The notes: generated from the letters alone by a model not told the origin. DNA of 33,301 nucleotides from Acidobacteriota bacterium (GCA_036507075.1 DASXQR010000085.1:1-33301), one strand, 5' to 3'. Counted from the stretch's first letter, positions 1 to 9,149 are shown. A program made the numbers and translations.

Positions 1-2
1 CC

Positions 3-656
3 AACGAGAGTGTTGTGAAAGTCGTGTTCACTTGGGGTAGTCCGGCGCCCGGCGGCAGTACTTATAATTGGGTTCAAAATCTCGCGTTGGACGAGAGCGG
101 ACGCATTCTGTTTGCGGCCAATCTGCAGGATGGAAGCAATGCCATATTTCTTTGGGACAACGGGACAACTCGGAGGCTCGTCAAGATCGGGGACAGCCTG
201 GCTGGAAAAAAGATTAATAATTACGCTTCTCTTCAGGCCGCCGGGAAAAAATTCTACGTGCTGTTCAATTATGAGAATTGGGGAAATGAAATCCTGCAGT
301 ACGACGGCGTCGCATGGCGCTCTCTCCTTTCCTCGGGGTCGCTGTTGAGCACCGGACAGAATCTGAATTACTTCAGGTATAACCAATTCGCGGTTTCTAC
401 CGCCGGCGAGATTGTTTTTATCTCTGATCTTGGCCCCAATTACGCAGTTTATCTGCACAAGGCCGATGGCCGGGATCTGGTGGTGGCCCGCAGCGGAGAG
501 CGAAGCTCCGACGGCGAATGGTATTTTGATTTCCTGAGCGTCACCGTTAATGAACAGGGGATTGTCTTCTTCAGCGCGATCTCCAATGGCCGGAACACAG
601 ACCGCCTCAGCCTGTTCCAGGCAAAGTCCACGGAGAGGTCCCGGCTGCGGCCGTGA
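3..656 (+). CDS. 5'-truncated beta-propeller-like repeat protein (NxxGxxAF-type tandem repeats)
   Basis: Frame is open from the window edge. Repeated segments LALDESGRILFAA, AVSTAGEIVFIS and VTVNEQGIVFFSA, each with a following LFL/VYL strand. Confidence 0.6.
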   Translation, partial: NESVVKVVFTWGSPAPGGSTYNWVQNLALDESGRILFAANLQDGSNAIFLWDNGTTRRLVKIGDSLAGKKINNYASLQAAGKKFYVLFNYENWGNEILQYDGVAWRSLLSSGSLLSTGQNLNYFRYNQFAVSTAGEIVFISDLGPNYAVYLHKADGRDLVVARSGERSSDGEWYFDFLSVTVNEQGIVFFSAISNGRNTDRLSLFQAKSTERSRLRP

Positions 657-666
657 AACAAAAACT

Positions 667-948
667 AGCCGCCGATTTACGCGAATTAGCCGGATAGAAC
701 CAGCCGCTGATTTACGCGAACTACCGCGGATAGAACCAGCCGCCGATTTACGCGAACTACCGCGGATTAATATGGGAGTCGAGGATCGGCACCGACTGTG
801 GTCAGTTATACTGCAGCGCGACGCCGATCGCTCGACCGGAGATTCTATCCGTATCAATTCGTGTAGATCGGCGGCTGATTCTATCCGTATCGATTCGTGT
901 AGATCAGCGGCCGGTTCTATCCGTATCAATTCGTGTAAATCAGCGGCT
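667..948. repeat. Composite foldback element, copy 1 (3 direct ~36-bp units, inner hairpin, 3 inverted units)
   Basis: AGCCGCYGATTTACGCGAA..CGGAT units start at 667, 702 and 738. Inverted units TTCTATCCG..ATCRGCGGC start at 843, 879 and 915. Inner stem GTCGAGGATCGGC (778-790) / GCCGATCGCTCGAC (823-836). Confidence 0.95.
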
Positions 949-3717
949 TATCCTAAGCACGTCGCCGGCCTTTAGCCGGGCCGGTTCTGCCAGATTCAGG
1001 GTTCCATCGGAGCCCACGGCCGCGGCCATGGCCTTCCCATTAAGCTTGGCCCGAACCGACCGGGAACCCGTTATCACCGGGACAGCTATCTTTCTCAATT
1101 CCAGTTCACCTTGAAGCAATGCAATGCTTGCGCTTGAGACTGCCGCACTTTGTTTCTGTGTGTAAATCCCCCAGCCGCGTCCGGCGCTAAAGACGCTGCG
1201 GAAATCAGCTTCATTGACGCGCGGAGCAAATTCCAACCGGTCCTCCGGTCCTGAGTAGCGACAACCGGAGAGTGCTGTGAGAAGGGACCAACTGGAGAGG
1301 GCGCGGGCGTAGTGCGAGCCGCATTCCACCTCATTCCATGGGTTTCGTCTCAATCCGTCGTAGCGATCGCGTGCTCCCTTTACGATGGCGACGCCCTCCA
1401 TGACCAGTCCCTCATAGATCAAATGCGCCGCCACCTGATACTCGATCCCGGTCCACACTTCGTCCGAATATACAAAGGGGAGCGCAGGGCGTCTCCCGCG
1501 CGGCCAACTGCAAATCAGCAGGCCCTTGTCGTCGTTGAGTGCGTAGATGCGCTGCGTGTTGGGCTGATCGTAGAAGTTATGCTTGAAATTGTTTCGATAA
1601 ACGGAAAGCAGCGCGGAGCGGACATGGTCCTGGGGAAGTAAATATCCCAGCCCCACTACCTGTGCGAACCACTGGCCCAGCAATTGATCAGAGAGGCAGC
1701 CTTCGCCGTACTGATATTTGACGGCGCCTCGATCCACGGCAGGCGCGTGCCACGTTTCGGCGCCCTCCGTCTTGGCCGGGCGTATTTGGGACGGCTCCGG
1801 AACCAGTTGAACGTAGTAGCCGTCGCGCCACAGATCCTTATCCAGCCTGGCGCGCCCGGACTCGAAGATCCGACGATACTTTTTTGCCGAATCTCCATCA
1901 CCCATGGCATCGGCCATCAAAGCGCACGCCTGCAGAGCCCCGAGGTAGAGCGTTCCCATCATCGTGTTCGGACCGTAAAACTCAATGTCGTACGTGTTGT
2001 GCTGCTCTCCTTCCATTACTCCATCGCGATCGGCGTCCCAGTCCTTCCACGCGTATTCCAGAGCGAGTTTTATCTGCGGCCACAGGTCGCGTAGAAACCC
2101 GCTGTTCCCGGACATCTGCCATTCCCGGTACGCCTTCATCACGCAGCCCATCTGACCGTCTGCGGCCGGCTTGAACTTCCAGAGCGTTTTGCCCAGGGGC
2201 ACCAGAGTGCGGAAAGCCATTGATCCGTCCGGTCTCAGGTTGGATTTAAAGTCGGTAATTCGCATGGAACGTTCCAGCTCCGGAAACAAATGGGCCAGAG
2301 CCTGTGCGTAATTCCACACGTGCGTGCAGTTCATGGGACAGCATCCGGAATCATCTCCGGTGCCCTCGAAGGCAAAGAACTGTTTCCCTTCAAGCAGCAT
2401 GCAGGTATTGGTGCGGATGATGGAGGCCTGGCTGGAGACGGCGTCGAGAACGGCCGCGGGAAGCGTGCTGGAAAAAAAGGATTGCTGAAAAAGCCGCGTG
2501 GATTTTTCCAGCCGGCCCAGTTCCCCGGCAGCGTAGCGTGCCACTTCCCATGCGTCAGCGAACCGCGTGCCATAATAATTTCGCAGCTTCTGACCCTTTA
2601 CCTCCGGTTCATTATTCCAGTAATTCTCGCGTGTGGGAAAATACCATGCCAGGACCAGGTCGACTGCCTGCGACTGCCTGGGTTTCAATGAGAAGCGGGA
2701 CGCCAGCGTGGCATAGTTGGAAAAGCCATCCGCCGTGGGCTTCATCTCCGCCGGGCCGGAGAAAGTTCCCGCAGCAAGAAACTCATCGAGCCACTTCTGG
2801 AAAGAATCCCACCAGGGCCCCTCTTCCCAGGCGACGCGCGCGCCGGCGTCCGGGTGCGTCGTCACCAGCGCCATCGATCCGAAACGGACATCGCCCGGCT
2901 GGTATTTCGTGGAAACCAACTCCAGGCCCTGAAGAAAACGTGGACCCTGCGCGCCGCCGCTTTGCATGCTCTCTTTGCGAAGGCGGGTCACATTGCCGCC
3001 GAATCCGGCAAACCGGTTGTTGCCGATTGCGGAGCGGCCGTCATAGCCGATGGCGTTTAGAATGGAAAAGGCAAGCCCCGCTTCCACTTCACGGCTGGTG
3101 GTGTTGCTGACCGTGTAGCGCATAATGGCAACGGGCAGGGCCGAGTCATCAACTTCCAACGGGATCAGAGGATTGAATGCCTCCAGGGAAACAGTCACGG
3201 GCAGCGACGGGTCCTGGAATTCAATGCGGGCGAAAGGATACGTCCCCGTGAAACGCGCGCCTCTGAAGTGCGGCAAACCTTGCGCTCGCTCGCGCGAATA
3301 ACCAAACGACCCGCGATAGGGAGGAAGCGGCGCCGATTCGATCACTCTGACCGTGGGCTTTGCCGATGCGGCGCGGGCCCAAAGCGCCGCAAATGTAAAG
3401 GGTAGTGATTTCCCCTTGTTTGGCCGGTTGAAGATTTCCCAATCCCGCAGGTCCCCTCGTCCTCCGAGAGAAACGGTCCCTGTCCCGATGCCGCCCAGCG
3501 GGAATGCAATCTCGGAGAGATGCTGACCGGTAAAAGTTCGAATCGGGCCCTCTGCCAAAAGCTCCCGTTTGGAAAACGGAATCACCGAGCCGGCGGCAGA
3601 GAGGAAGGATTGTGCAGCACTGCTTTGCTCTGACTTCGGTTTTGTCTGGGCGGATCCGGCGGTCACCAGGGCGGAAGAGGCGATAAACTCACGGCGGTTG
3701 ATGCGTCCCTTTTTCAT
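940..3717 (-). CDS. GH116 family glycoside hydrolase (GBA2-like beta-glucosidase), Tat-exported
   Basis: N-terminal FPLGGIGTG...LRDWEIFNRP and GTYPFA motifs. C-terminal catalytic region with EGEQHNTYD, DQLLGQW, EVWTGIEY and PWNEVECGSHYAR. Start moved to MKKGRINRREF (twin-arginine motif, GGAGG upstream). Confidence 0.9.
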   Translation of the reverse strand: MKKGRINRREFIASSALVTAGSAQTKPKSEQSSAAQSFLSAAGSVIPFSKRELLAEGPIRTFTGQHLSEIAFPLGGIGTGTVSLGGRGDLRDWEIFNRPNKGKSLPFTFAALWARAASAKPTVRVIESAPLPPYRGSFGYSRERAQGLPHFRGARFTGTYPFARIEFQDPSLPVTVSLEAFNPLIPLEVDDSALPVAIMRYTVSNTTSREVEAGLAFSILNAIGYDGRSAIGNNRFAGFGGNVTRLRKESMQSGGAQGPRFLQGLELVSTKYQPGDVRFGSMALVTTHPDAGARVAWEEGPWWDSFQKWLDEFLAAGTFSGPAEMKPTADGFSNYATLASRFSLKPRQSQAVDLVLAWYFPTRENYWNNEPEVKGQKLRNYYGTRFADAWEVARYAAGELGRLEKSTRLFQQSFFSSTLPAAVLDAVSSQASIIRTNTCMLLEGKQFFAFEGTGDDSGCCPMNCTHVWNYAQALAHLFPELERSMRITDFKSNLRPDGSMAFRTLVPLGKTLWKFKPAADGQMGCVMKAYREWQMSGNSGFLRDLWPQIKLALEYAWKDWDADRDGVMEGEQHNTYDIEFYGPNTMMGTLYLGALQACALMADAMGDGDSAKKYRRIFESGRARLDKDLWRDGYYVQLVPEPSQIRPAKTEGAETWHAPAVDRGAVKYQYGEGCLSDQLLGQWFAQVVGLGYLLPQDHVRSALLSVYRNNFKHNFYDQPNTQRIYALNDDKGLLICSWPRGRRPALPFVYSDEVWTGIEYQVAAHLIYEGLVMEGVAIVKGARDRYDGLRRNPWNEVECGSHYARALSSWSLLTALSGCRYSGPEDRLEFAPRVNEADFRSVFSAGRGWGIYTQKQSAAVSSASIALLQGELELRKIAVPVITGSRSVRAKLNGKAMAAAVGSDGTLNLAEPARLKAGDVLRISR

Positions 3718-3852
3718 GAGGCGTGCCTCCCGGGTTGGTGATGTAAGATACATCCACGCCGCGTCTGGAGTACACATTAGTTTGGGGAGTGAAAGGCGCG
3801 CCTTGAGTGTGTCGTTCGATATTCAAACGGTTGCTGATTCGATAAATTGCTC

Positions 3853-3941
3853 TCACCGCAGAGCCGCCGAGAACGCAAAGCCGCGCAGAGTTGCGATGGA
3901 GTCTCTGCGTAACCTCGGCGTCCTTTGCGGCTTTGCGGTGA
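3853..3941. repeat. 9-mer-periodic palindrome (CACCRCARAG family)
   Basis: TCACCGCAGAGCCGCCGAGAACGC ... GCGTCCTTTGCGGCTTTGCGGTGA; lies between divergent genes. Confidence 0.85.
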
Positions 3942-4011
3942 AAATTACGTGACCGTCTCCGGCCATTTCGAATTTTGGCGGTATTTCGCTTGCTTCAACG
4001 GGAGTGAATAG

Positions 4012-7000
4012 ATGAGATTTCTGCTCAGAATCCGGATCTTCCTCTCAATCTTCCTGCTGCTGGCGGCCTCTGTCCAGTCGGTCGACGCCCCAAAGCCGGG
4101 GCGCGACCCGAACCAGCCGATTGACGAGGAATATACAAAGAAAATCCGCGAATACACGACTCAGCCTTTCTTCAGCTCTCCTCTGGTTGATTACCTGCCC
4201 GCCTCTCAGAATGTTCCCACACCTAAGGCGGTGCTGGGTGACATCGCGGGCGCTCCCGGCAAGCTGCCCTATTCGGCCGATGTCTACCGCTATATGCGGA
4301 TGCTCGAAAAGGCCAGCCCGCGCGTGAAGGTGTACTCCATCGGTACCACCGAGGAAGGGCGCGAGATGATCGCTGTGGCGGTTGCTTCGGAAGAGATCCT
4401 GAAGCGTGTGGAGGAAAACCGCGCCGGCCTGGCCAGGCTGGCTGATCCCCGTACGGTCAATCTGGACGACGCAGTCGCCGAGCAATTGATCGCAACGACC
4501 GTCCCCGTCTACTACATCACCGGCACGATTCATTCGCCCGAGACCGGGTCTCCCACGGCGTTAATGGAATTGGCCTACCGTCTCGCCGTGGACGAGAGTC
4601 CCTACATCAAGGCGATTCGGGAAAACGTTATTACCCTGATCACCCCGGTGGTGGAAGTGGACGGCCGCGATCGACAGGTGGACGTCTATAACTGGCATCT
4701 GGCGCATCCGAACGAAACCTGGCCTCCCTTGATTTACTGGGGACACTACGTGGCGCATGACAACAATCGTGACGCGATGGGCCTGTCACTGAAGTTGACC
4801 CGAAATGTTTTGAATGCGCTGCTGCAGTGGAAAGCCCAGGTCCTGCATGACCTGCATGAATCCGTGCCCTACCTCTATGACAACACCGTGGGTGACCAGC
4901 CTTACAACGCCTGGCTGGACCCGATCCTGACAGACGAGTGGCAATTGCTCGGCTGGCACAATGTCTCCGAGATGACCAAATTCGGCATGCCGGGTGTGTT
5001 CACGCACGGCAGTTTCGATACCTGGTCGCCTGGATATCTGATGTTTCTGGCCGCCAGCCACAACGGGATCAGCCGTCTGTACGAAACTTTCGGAAACGGG
5101 GGTGCAGACACGGTCGAAAGGACGCTGACGCCTCAGGAATATTCCAGGACGTGGTACCGGCAGAATCCACCGCTGCCGAAAACCAAATGGTCGCAGCGAA
5201 ACAACAACAACTATCAGCAGACAGGACTTCTAACATCGCTCTCCTATTTTGCGGCCAACGGCAAATTGTTCCTTCATAACTTTTATTTGAAGAGCAAACG
5301 CTCGATTGAAAAACCGAAAAATGCCGGCCCGGCTGCCTACGTCTTTCCCGCAGACGATCCCCGGCCGGGAGCGCAGGCCGAGTTGCTTCGCCTGCTGCAG
5401 GCGCATGGATGCGAAGTGTCGCGCGCCACGGCCCCCTTTTCAGTAAGAATGGAGACCAGGAAGAAGCCGGCCCGGGCGTCCGGTGAAGACAAGAAGAGCG
5501 AAAGCCCTCAGGAAAGCCCGGCCAAGACGCCGGCGGAATCCACCGAAACGCGCTCCTTTGCGGCGGGCAGCTTTGTGGTTCGCATGGATCAGCCTTACAG
5601 CAGGGCTGCCGACATGCTCCTCGATTACCAGTACTGGAGCCCGGACGACCCGCAGAAGTCCATTTACGACGACACAGGATGGACATTTGGAGAGCTTTAC
5701 AACGTGCAGGTTTTCCGTGTGACCGACGTCAAGGTGCTTGATGTCCCGATGGAAAAGTTGACGGGAGAAGCGCGGGCAGCGGGCAGCATCAAGGGAGACG
5801 GTAAGGTGATCGTCGTTAACAACAACGCCGATCCTGCGCTGGCCACATTGCGCTATCGCCTCAAGGACGCAAACTTCAAGATTGCCGAGGAACCGTTTCA
5901 GGTCGAGGGAATGAAATTCAACCGCGGATCCTTCGTGATCGATGATGTCAGGAGAGCGGATCTTGATCGGGAGCTTTCTGCAACAGGCCTGCAGGCGGTT
6001 TCCACCGCATCCGCTCCTTCGGTAAAGACTCATCCATCCAGGCTGCCGCGCATTGCCGTGCTTCACACCTGGTTGACCACTCAGAACGAAGGATGGTGGC
6101 GCCTGGCATTCGACAAACTGGGCGTTCCCTATTCTTACATCAGCACCCAGGACGTTGCGCGCGAGGAGAATCTGAACTCCAGATTTGACGTAATAATTTT
6201 TGCGCCCGTAGGTGTCGGAAATCCGCTGTCAATCATTGCCGGCATGCCGGCGTGGGGAAATCCTTTGCCCTGGAAAAAGACTTCTCTTACTCCAAATCTC
6301 GGCGTTGTTGATTCAACCGACGACATGAGACCCGGACTCGGATGGGTGGGATTGGCGCACTTGCGGCGGTTTGTGGAACGCGGGGGAGTGCTGATCACTG
6401 CTACCGATACTTCGCACTGGGCCGTGAACTTCGGACTCACGCAGGGAGTTTCCAGCACGCGCTCAGAGACGCTGAAGGTCGTGGGAAGCGTGCTGCGCTC
6501 GCGGTTTGTCGATGATGCCAGTCCTATCGCATACGGCTACACCGGCCCACTTTCGGTTTACTGCTACAACGGTCCGGTTTTTGGCGTTGGCAACATCTCC
6601 GGAAGCTTCCGCGGATCGCGATCGGCAGGTTCTTCCAGGCAGAGGCCTACCGGTCGCGGCACCATCGATGATCCGGATCTCCCTCAGGGCCGGGCTCCGG
6701 TTGAGGTTCCCGAAGAGCCGCGTGCCGAACCGTGGCAGGCGGCGCCGCTCACCGATGAGCAGAGGCGAAACGGAATCTATGTTATTCCTCCTCAATACAG
6801 GCCGCGCGTGGTACTGCGCTATGGGGATAATGACAATTTGCTGGTTTCCGGGTTGTTGGCGGGAGGCAATGAGATCGCGCAGCGGCCCGCCGTGATCGAT
6901 GTTCCGGTGGAGAACGGACACGTGGTGCTCTTTTCCATCAATCCCATCTGGCGCGGGGAAACGCAGGGAAGCTATGCGTTGGTCCTGAATGCAATCCTTA

Positions 7001-7044
7001 ATTACGACCACCTGAACGCAGGACGGAAGTTGGATGAGAAGTGA
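4012..7044 (+). CDS. M14 family zinc carboxypeptidase with C-terminal glutamine-amidotransferase-like region, secreted
   Basis: Signal peptide; HxxE (IHSPE), NRD (DNNRD) and DLHE motifs; SIGTTEEGREM segment. Confidence 0.88.
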   Translation: MRFLLRIRIFLSIFLLLAASVQSVDAPKPGRDPNQPIDEEYTKKIREYTTQPFFSSPLVDYLPASQNVPTPKAVLGDIAGAPGKLPYSADVYRYMRMLEKASPRVKVYSIGTTEEGREMIAVAVASEEILKRVEENRAGLARLADPRTVNLDDAVAEQLIATTVPVYYITGTIHSPETGSPTALMELAYRLAVDESPYIKAIRENVITLITPVVEVDGRDRQVDVYNWHLAHPNETWPPLIYWGHYVAHDNNRDAMGLSLKLTRNVLNALLQWKAQVLHDLHESVPYLYDNTVGDQPYNAWLDPILTDEWQLLGWHNVSEMTKFGMPGVFTHGSFDTWSPGYLMFLAASHNGISRLYETFGNGGADTVERTLTPQEYSRTWYRQNPPLPKTKWSQRNNNNYQQTGLLTSLSYFAANGKLFLHNFYLKSKRSIEKPKNAGPAAYVFPADDPRPGAQAELLRLLQAHGCEVSRATAPFSVRMETRKKPARASGEDKKSESPQESPAKTPAESTETRSFAAGSFVVRMDQPYSRAADMLLDYQYWSPDDPQKSIYDDTGWTFGELYNVQVFRVTDVKVLDVPMEKLTGEARAAGSIKGDGKVIVVNNNADPALATLRYRLKDANFKIAEEPFQVEGMKFNRGSFVIDDVRRADLDRELSATGLQAVSTASAPSVKTHPSRLPRIAVLHTWLTTQNEGWWRLAFDKLGVPYSYISTQDVAREENLNSRFDVIIFAPVGVGNPLSIIAGMPAWGNPLPWKKTSLTPNLGVVDSTDDMRPGLGWVGLAHLRRFVERGGVLITATDTSHWAVNFGLTQGVSSTRSETLKVVGSVLRSRFVDDASPIAYGYTGPLSVYCYNGPVFGVGNISGSFRGSRSAGSSRQRPTGRGTIDDPDLPQGRAPVEVPEEPRAEPWQAAPLTDEQRRNGIYVIPPQYRPRVVLRYGDNDNLLVSGLLAGGNEIAQRPAVIDVPVENGHVVLFSINPIWRGETQGSYALVLNAILNYDHLNAGRKLDEK

Positions 7045-7049
7045 GGCGT

Positions 7050-7080
7050 AATGCGGAATGTAGAATGCGGAATGCGGAAT
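7050..7080. repeat. Heptamer array (AATGCGG)n, solo arm
   Basis: AATGCGGAATGTAGAATGCGGAATGCGGAAT, 5 bp after the stop codon. Confidence 0.85.
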
Positions 7081-7164
7081 ATGACTGGGTAATGTCGGGC
7101 GCGCCGAAGTAAGTCGGCTAAGGATGGTGCGAAGCCAGTGCAGCTTGGGGGGGTCTCGGATCTA

Positions 7165-7216
7165 GTGAAGAATCGCGTTCACCACCGGGACAAGCCCGGT
7201 GGCGTCGATTCTTCAC
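7165..7216. repeat. REP-like hairpin CCACCGGG-ACAAG-CCCGGTGG, copy 1
   Basis: GTGAAGAATCG..CCACCGGGACAAGCCCGGTGGCGTCGATTCTTCAC; near-identical to 11890-11944. Confidence 0.9.
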
Positions 7217-7267
7217 AAGTACTTACGCACGAGGCTCTGACTCTGGAGGCAATGTCGGAAACTAATC

Positions 7268-8443
7268 ATGACCTCGCTCAGGCGATTCGTTCTTCTTTCC
7301 TCAATCCTGCTCGCTTCGGTTGCCGGCTGGACAAATCCTCGGCATTCCGCAGCCGAACCGAGCGGCAAGCAGGCTTCCTATTACTATCCGCCTCGCGACC
7401 GATGGCAACACAAGCATCCCTCGGAAGTGGGCATGGACGAAGCAGCGCTCGAAAAGGCCGTCGCTTACGCCAAAGGCCAGGAGAGTAAAGTTCCTCCGGA
7501 CTTTTCAACGCAAGTCGAAACGTTCGGCGCGCTGCTCGGGCCGTTGCCCAAAGAGCGCGGACCCTCCAACGGATTAATTCTTCGCCATGGATACATCGTC
7601 GCCGAGTGGGGAGACACGCGGCGAGTTGACCCCACTTACAGCGTCGCCAAGAGTTTCCTGTCAACACTGCTGGGGCTGGCGCTTGATGGCGGCCTTATCT
7701 CCAGTGTGAACGATCCGGTGGGCAGGTACATCCATGATGGTGGCTACGATTCTCCCCACAACGCAAAAGTCACCTGGCACCACCATGCGCAGCAGACCAG
7801 TGAATGGGAAGGCGTCATGTGGGGCAAGTCTCATGACTTTGTGGGAATAGAGCAGTTCGGGCAAGGCCGCCGAGAGCCCCGGGCGCTGCAGGAACCGGGA
7901 AGCTTCTACGAGTACAACGACGTCCGGATCAACCGTCTTGCTCTATCGCTGCTGCGCGTGTGGAAAACTCCCCTTCCGGAAGTTCTAAAGAAGCGGGTGA
8001 TGGATCCGATCGGCGCGTCGGACACCTGGCAATATCACGGATACTTCAATTCCGATGTGGTGATTAACGGAAAGATGATGAAGTCGGTGACCGGCGGTAC
8101 CCGCTGGGGAGGAGGCCTCTGGATAAACTCTCTGGATGAGGCGCGCTTCGGATATTTGTTCTTGCGAAAAGGGAACTGGAAGGGCAGGCAGATTGTGTCG
8201 AACAGATGGGTGGAAATGGCCACCACGCCCGGACCCGTGGGACCCGATTATGGTTACCTCTGGTGGCTCAACACCAAACGCCGGGCATGGCCCGACGCGC
8301 CCGCTTCCGCCTTCGCCGCGCGCGGCTATGGCTCCAATGCAATTTGGATGGATCCCGAACACGATCTGGTCATTGTGTGGAGATGGCATCAGGGTGGAGA
8401 GAATGAGTTTTTCCGGCAAGTAATAGCGGCCGTACGCCGATAG
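7268..8443 (+). CDS. Serine hydrolase, beta-lactamase/AmpC-related family, secreted
   Basis: Signal peptide; SxxK (YSVAKS), PGSFYEYND, ARFGYLFLRKGNW and YGYLWW motifs. Confidence 0.9.
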   Translation: MTSLRRFVLLSSILLASVAGWTNPRHSAAEPSGKQASYYYPPRDRWQHKHPSEVGMDEAALEKAVAYAKGQESKVPPDFSTQVETFGALLGPLPKERGPSNGLILRHGYIVAEWGDTRRVDPTYSVAKSFLSTLLGLALDGGLISSVNDPVGRYIHDGGYDSPHNAKVTWHHHAQQTSEWEGVMWGKSHDFVGIEQFGQGRREPRALQEPGSFYEYNDVRINRLALSLLRVWKTPLPEVLKKRVMDPIGASDTWQYHGYFNSDVVINGKMMKSVTGGTRWGGGLWINSLDEARFGYLFLRKGNWKGRQIVSNRWVEMATTPGPVGPDYGYLWWLNTKRRAWPDAPASAFAARGYGSNAIWMDPEHDLVIVWRWHQGGENEFFRQVIAAVRR

Positions 8444-8681
8444 AGGGACAGAGGGATGGAGGGATGGAGGGACGGAGGGATGGAGGGATGGAGGGATAGA
8501 GAGATAGAGGGATGGAGGGACAGAGAGATAGGGGGACAGAGAGATAGGGGGATATTAGGGTGATGGGGAATTCCAGACTACTCGGCCATCCCTCCATCCC
8601 TCCATCCCTCCATCCCTCCGTCCCTCCGTCCCTCCGTCCCTCCGTCTCTCCGTCCCTCCATCCCTCCGTCCCTCCATCCCC
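8441..8681. repeat. Inverted octamer tandem array (YRGAGGGA)14 / (CCRTCCCT)12
   Basis: 14 units at 8441-8552, 33-bp spacer, 12 complementary units at 8586-8681; between convergent genes. Confidence 0.95.
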
Positions 8682-8682
8682 A

Positions 8683-9054
8683 TTAAATGGGGGACTGTCC
8701 CCATTTTTGCGGGTCTTGATTGAAAACGTAGATCCGGCACTCGAGACTTTGGCCGTCTTCCAGCTCCGCTGGGCATTTTTGCAGCACAAAGAGACTACCG
8801 GAAGGATCGGCCGGGTCGTAGCCTTCATAGGAATTCAACGTCTCCCAGATATTTGGGTCTGTGATCTCGTAAACTTCACCGGCGATCCGGGATCGCGCGG
8901 CCTCGTTCAAAACAGCTCCGGGAAATTCTCCCAGATCGTACAGTTTTCCTCTCACCCAGCCTTTTCCGATTTTCTTCAGCTTTCGCACCACCCCGGCAAT
9001 TGGCCCGGTGGCATGTCCCTGCCGCAACGTTCCGTAGGTAAACAGGTAATCCAT
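8683..9054 (-). CDS. Gamma-glutamylcyclotransferase (AIG2-like) family protein
   Basis: LFTYGTLRQG, GKLYDLGEFPG, GEVY and LNSYEG motifs. Start moved to MDYLF (AAGGA upstream). Confidence 0.88.
   Translation of the reverse strand: MDYLFTYGTLRQGHATGPIAGVVRKLKKIGKGWVRGKLYDLGEFPGAVLNEAARSRIAGEVYEITDPNIWETLNSYEGYDPADPSGSLFVLQKCPAELEDGQSLECRIYVFNQDPQKWGQSPI
8685..8706. repeat. GGGGACTGTCCCC-type REP-like hairpin overlapping the GGCT 3' end
   Basis: AAATGGGGGACTGTCCCCATTT; encodes KWGQSPI on the minus strand. Confidence 0.65.
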
Positions 9055-9085
9055 GGTTCCTTGGTAGGAGCGCCCTCGATCGCCA

Positions 9086-9125
9086 TTCACCACAGAGCCA
9101 CAGCCCGGCCATAGGCCGCAACCAA
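9086..9125 (+). repeat. CACCACAGAG half-element fused to a GCCGCAACCAA hairpin motif
   Basis: TTCACCACAGAGCCACAGCCCGGCCATAGGCCGCAACCAA; the same junction occurs on the minus strand at 17634-17673. Confidence 0.65.
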
Positions 9126-9149
9126 GAAGCTGATCCAGCTCTGTCTCTT

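Noticed and set aside
667..948. CRISPR array (36-bp periodic repeats)
   Set aside because: Units are directly adjacent with no unique spacers, half are inverted, and there are no cas genes. The same applies to 25161-25405.
550..975. 141-aa ORF with repeated peptide IEPAADLRELPR
   Set aside because: Translation of the foldback repeat; it overlaps two real genes.
8370..9114. ORFs with GGTEGWRD / PSIPPSL repeats
   Set aside because: Readthrough of the octamer array and antisense of GGCT.
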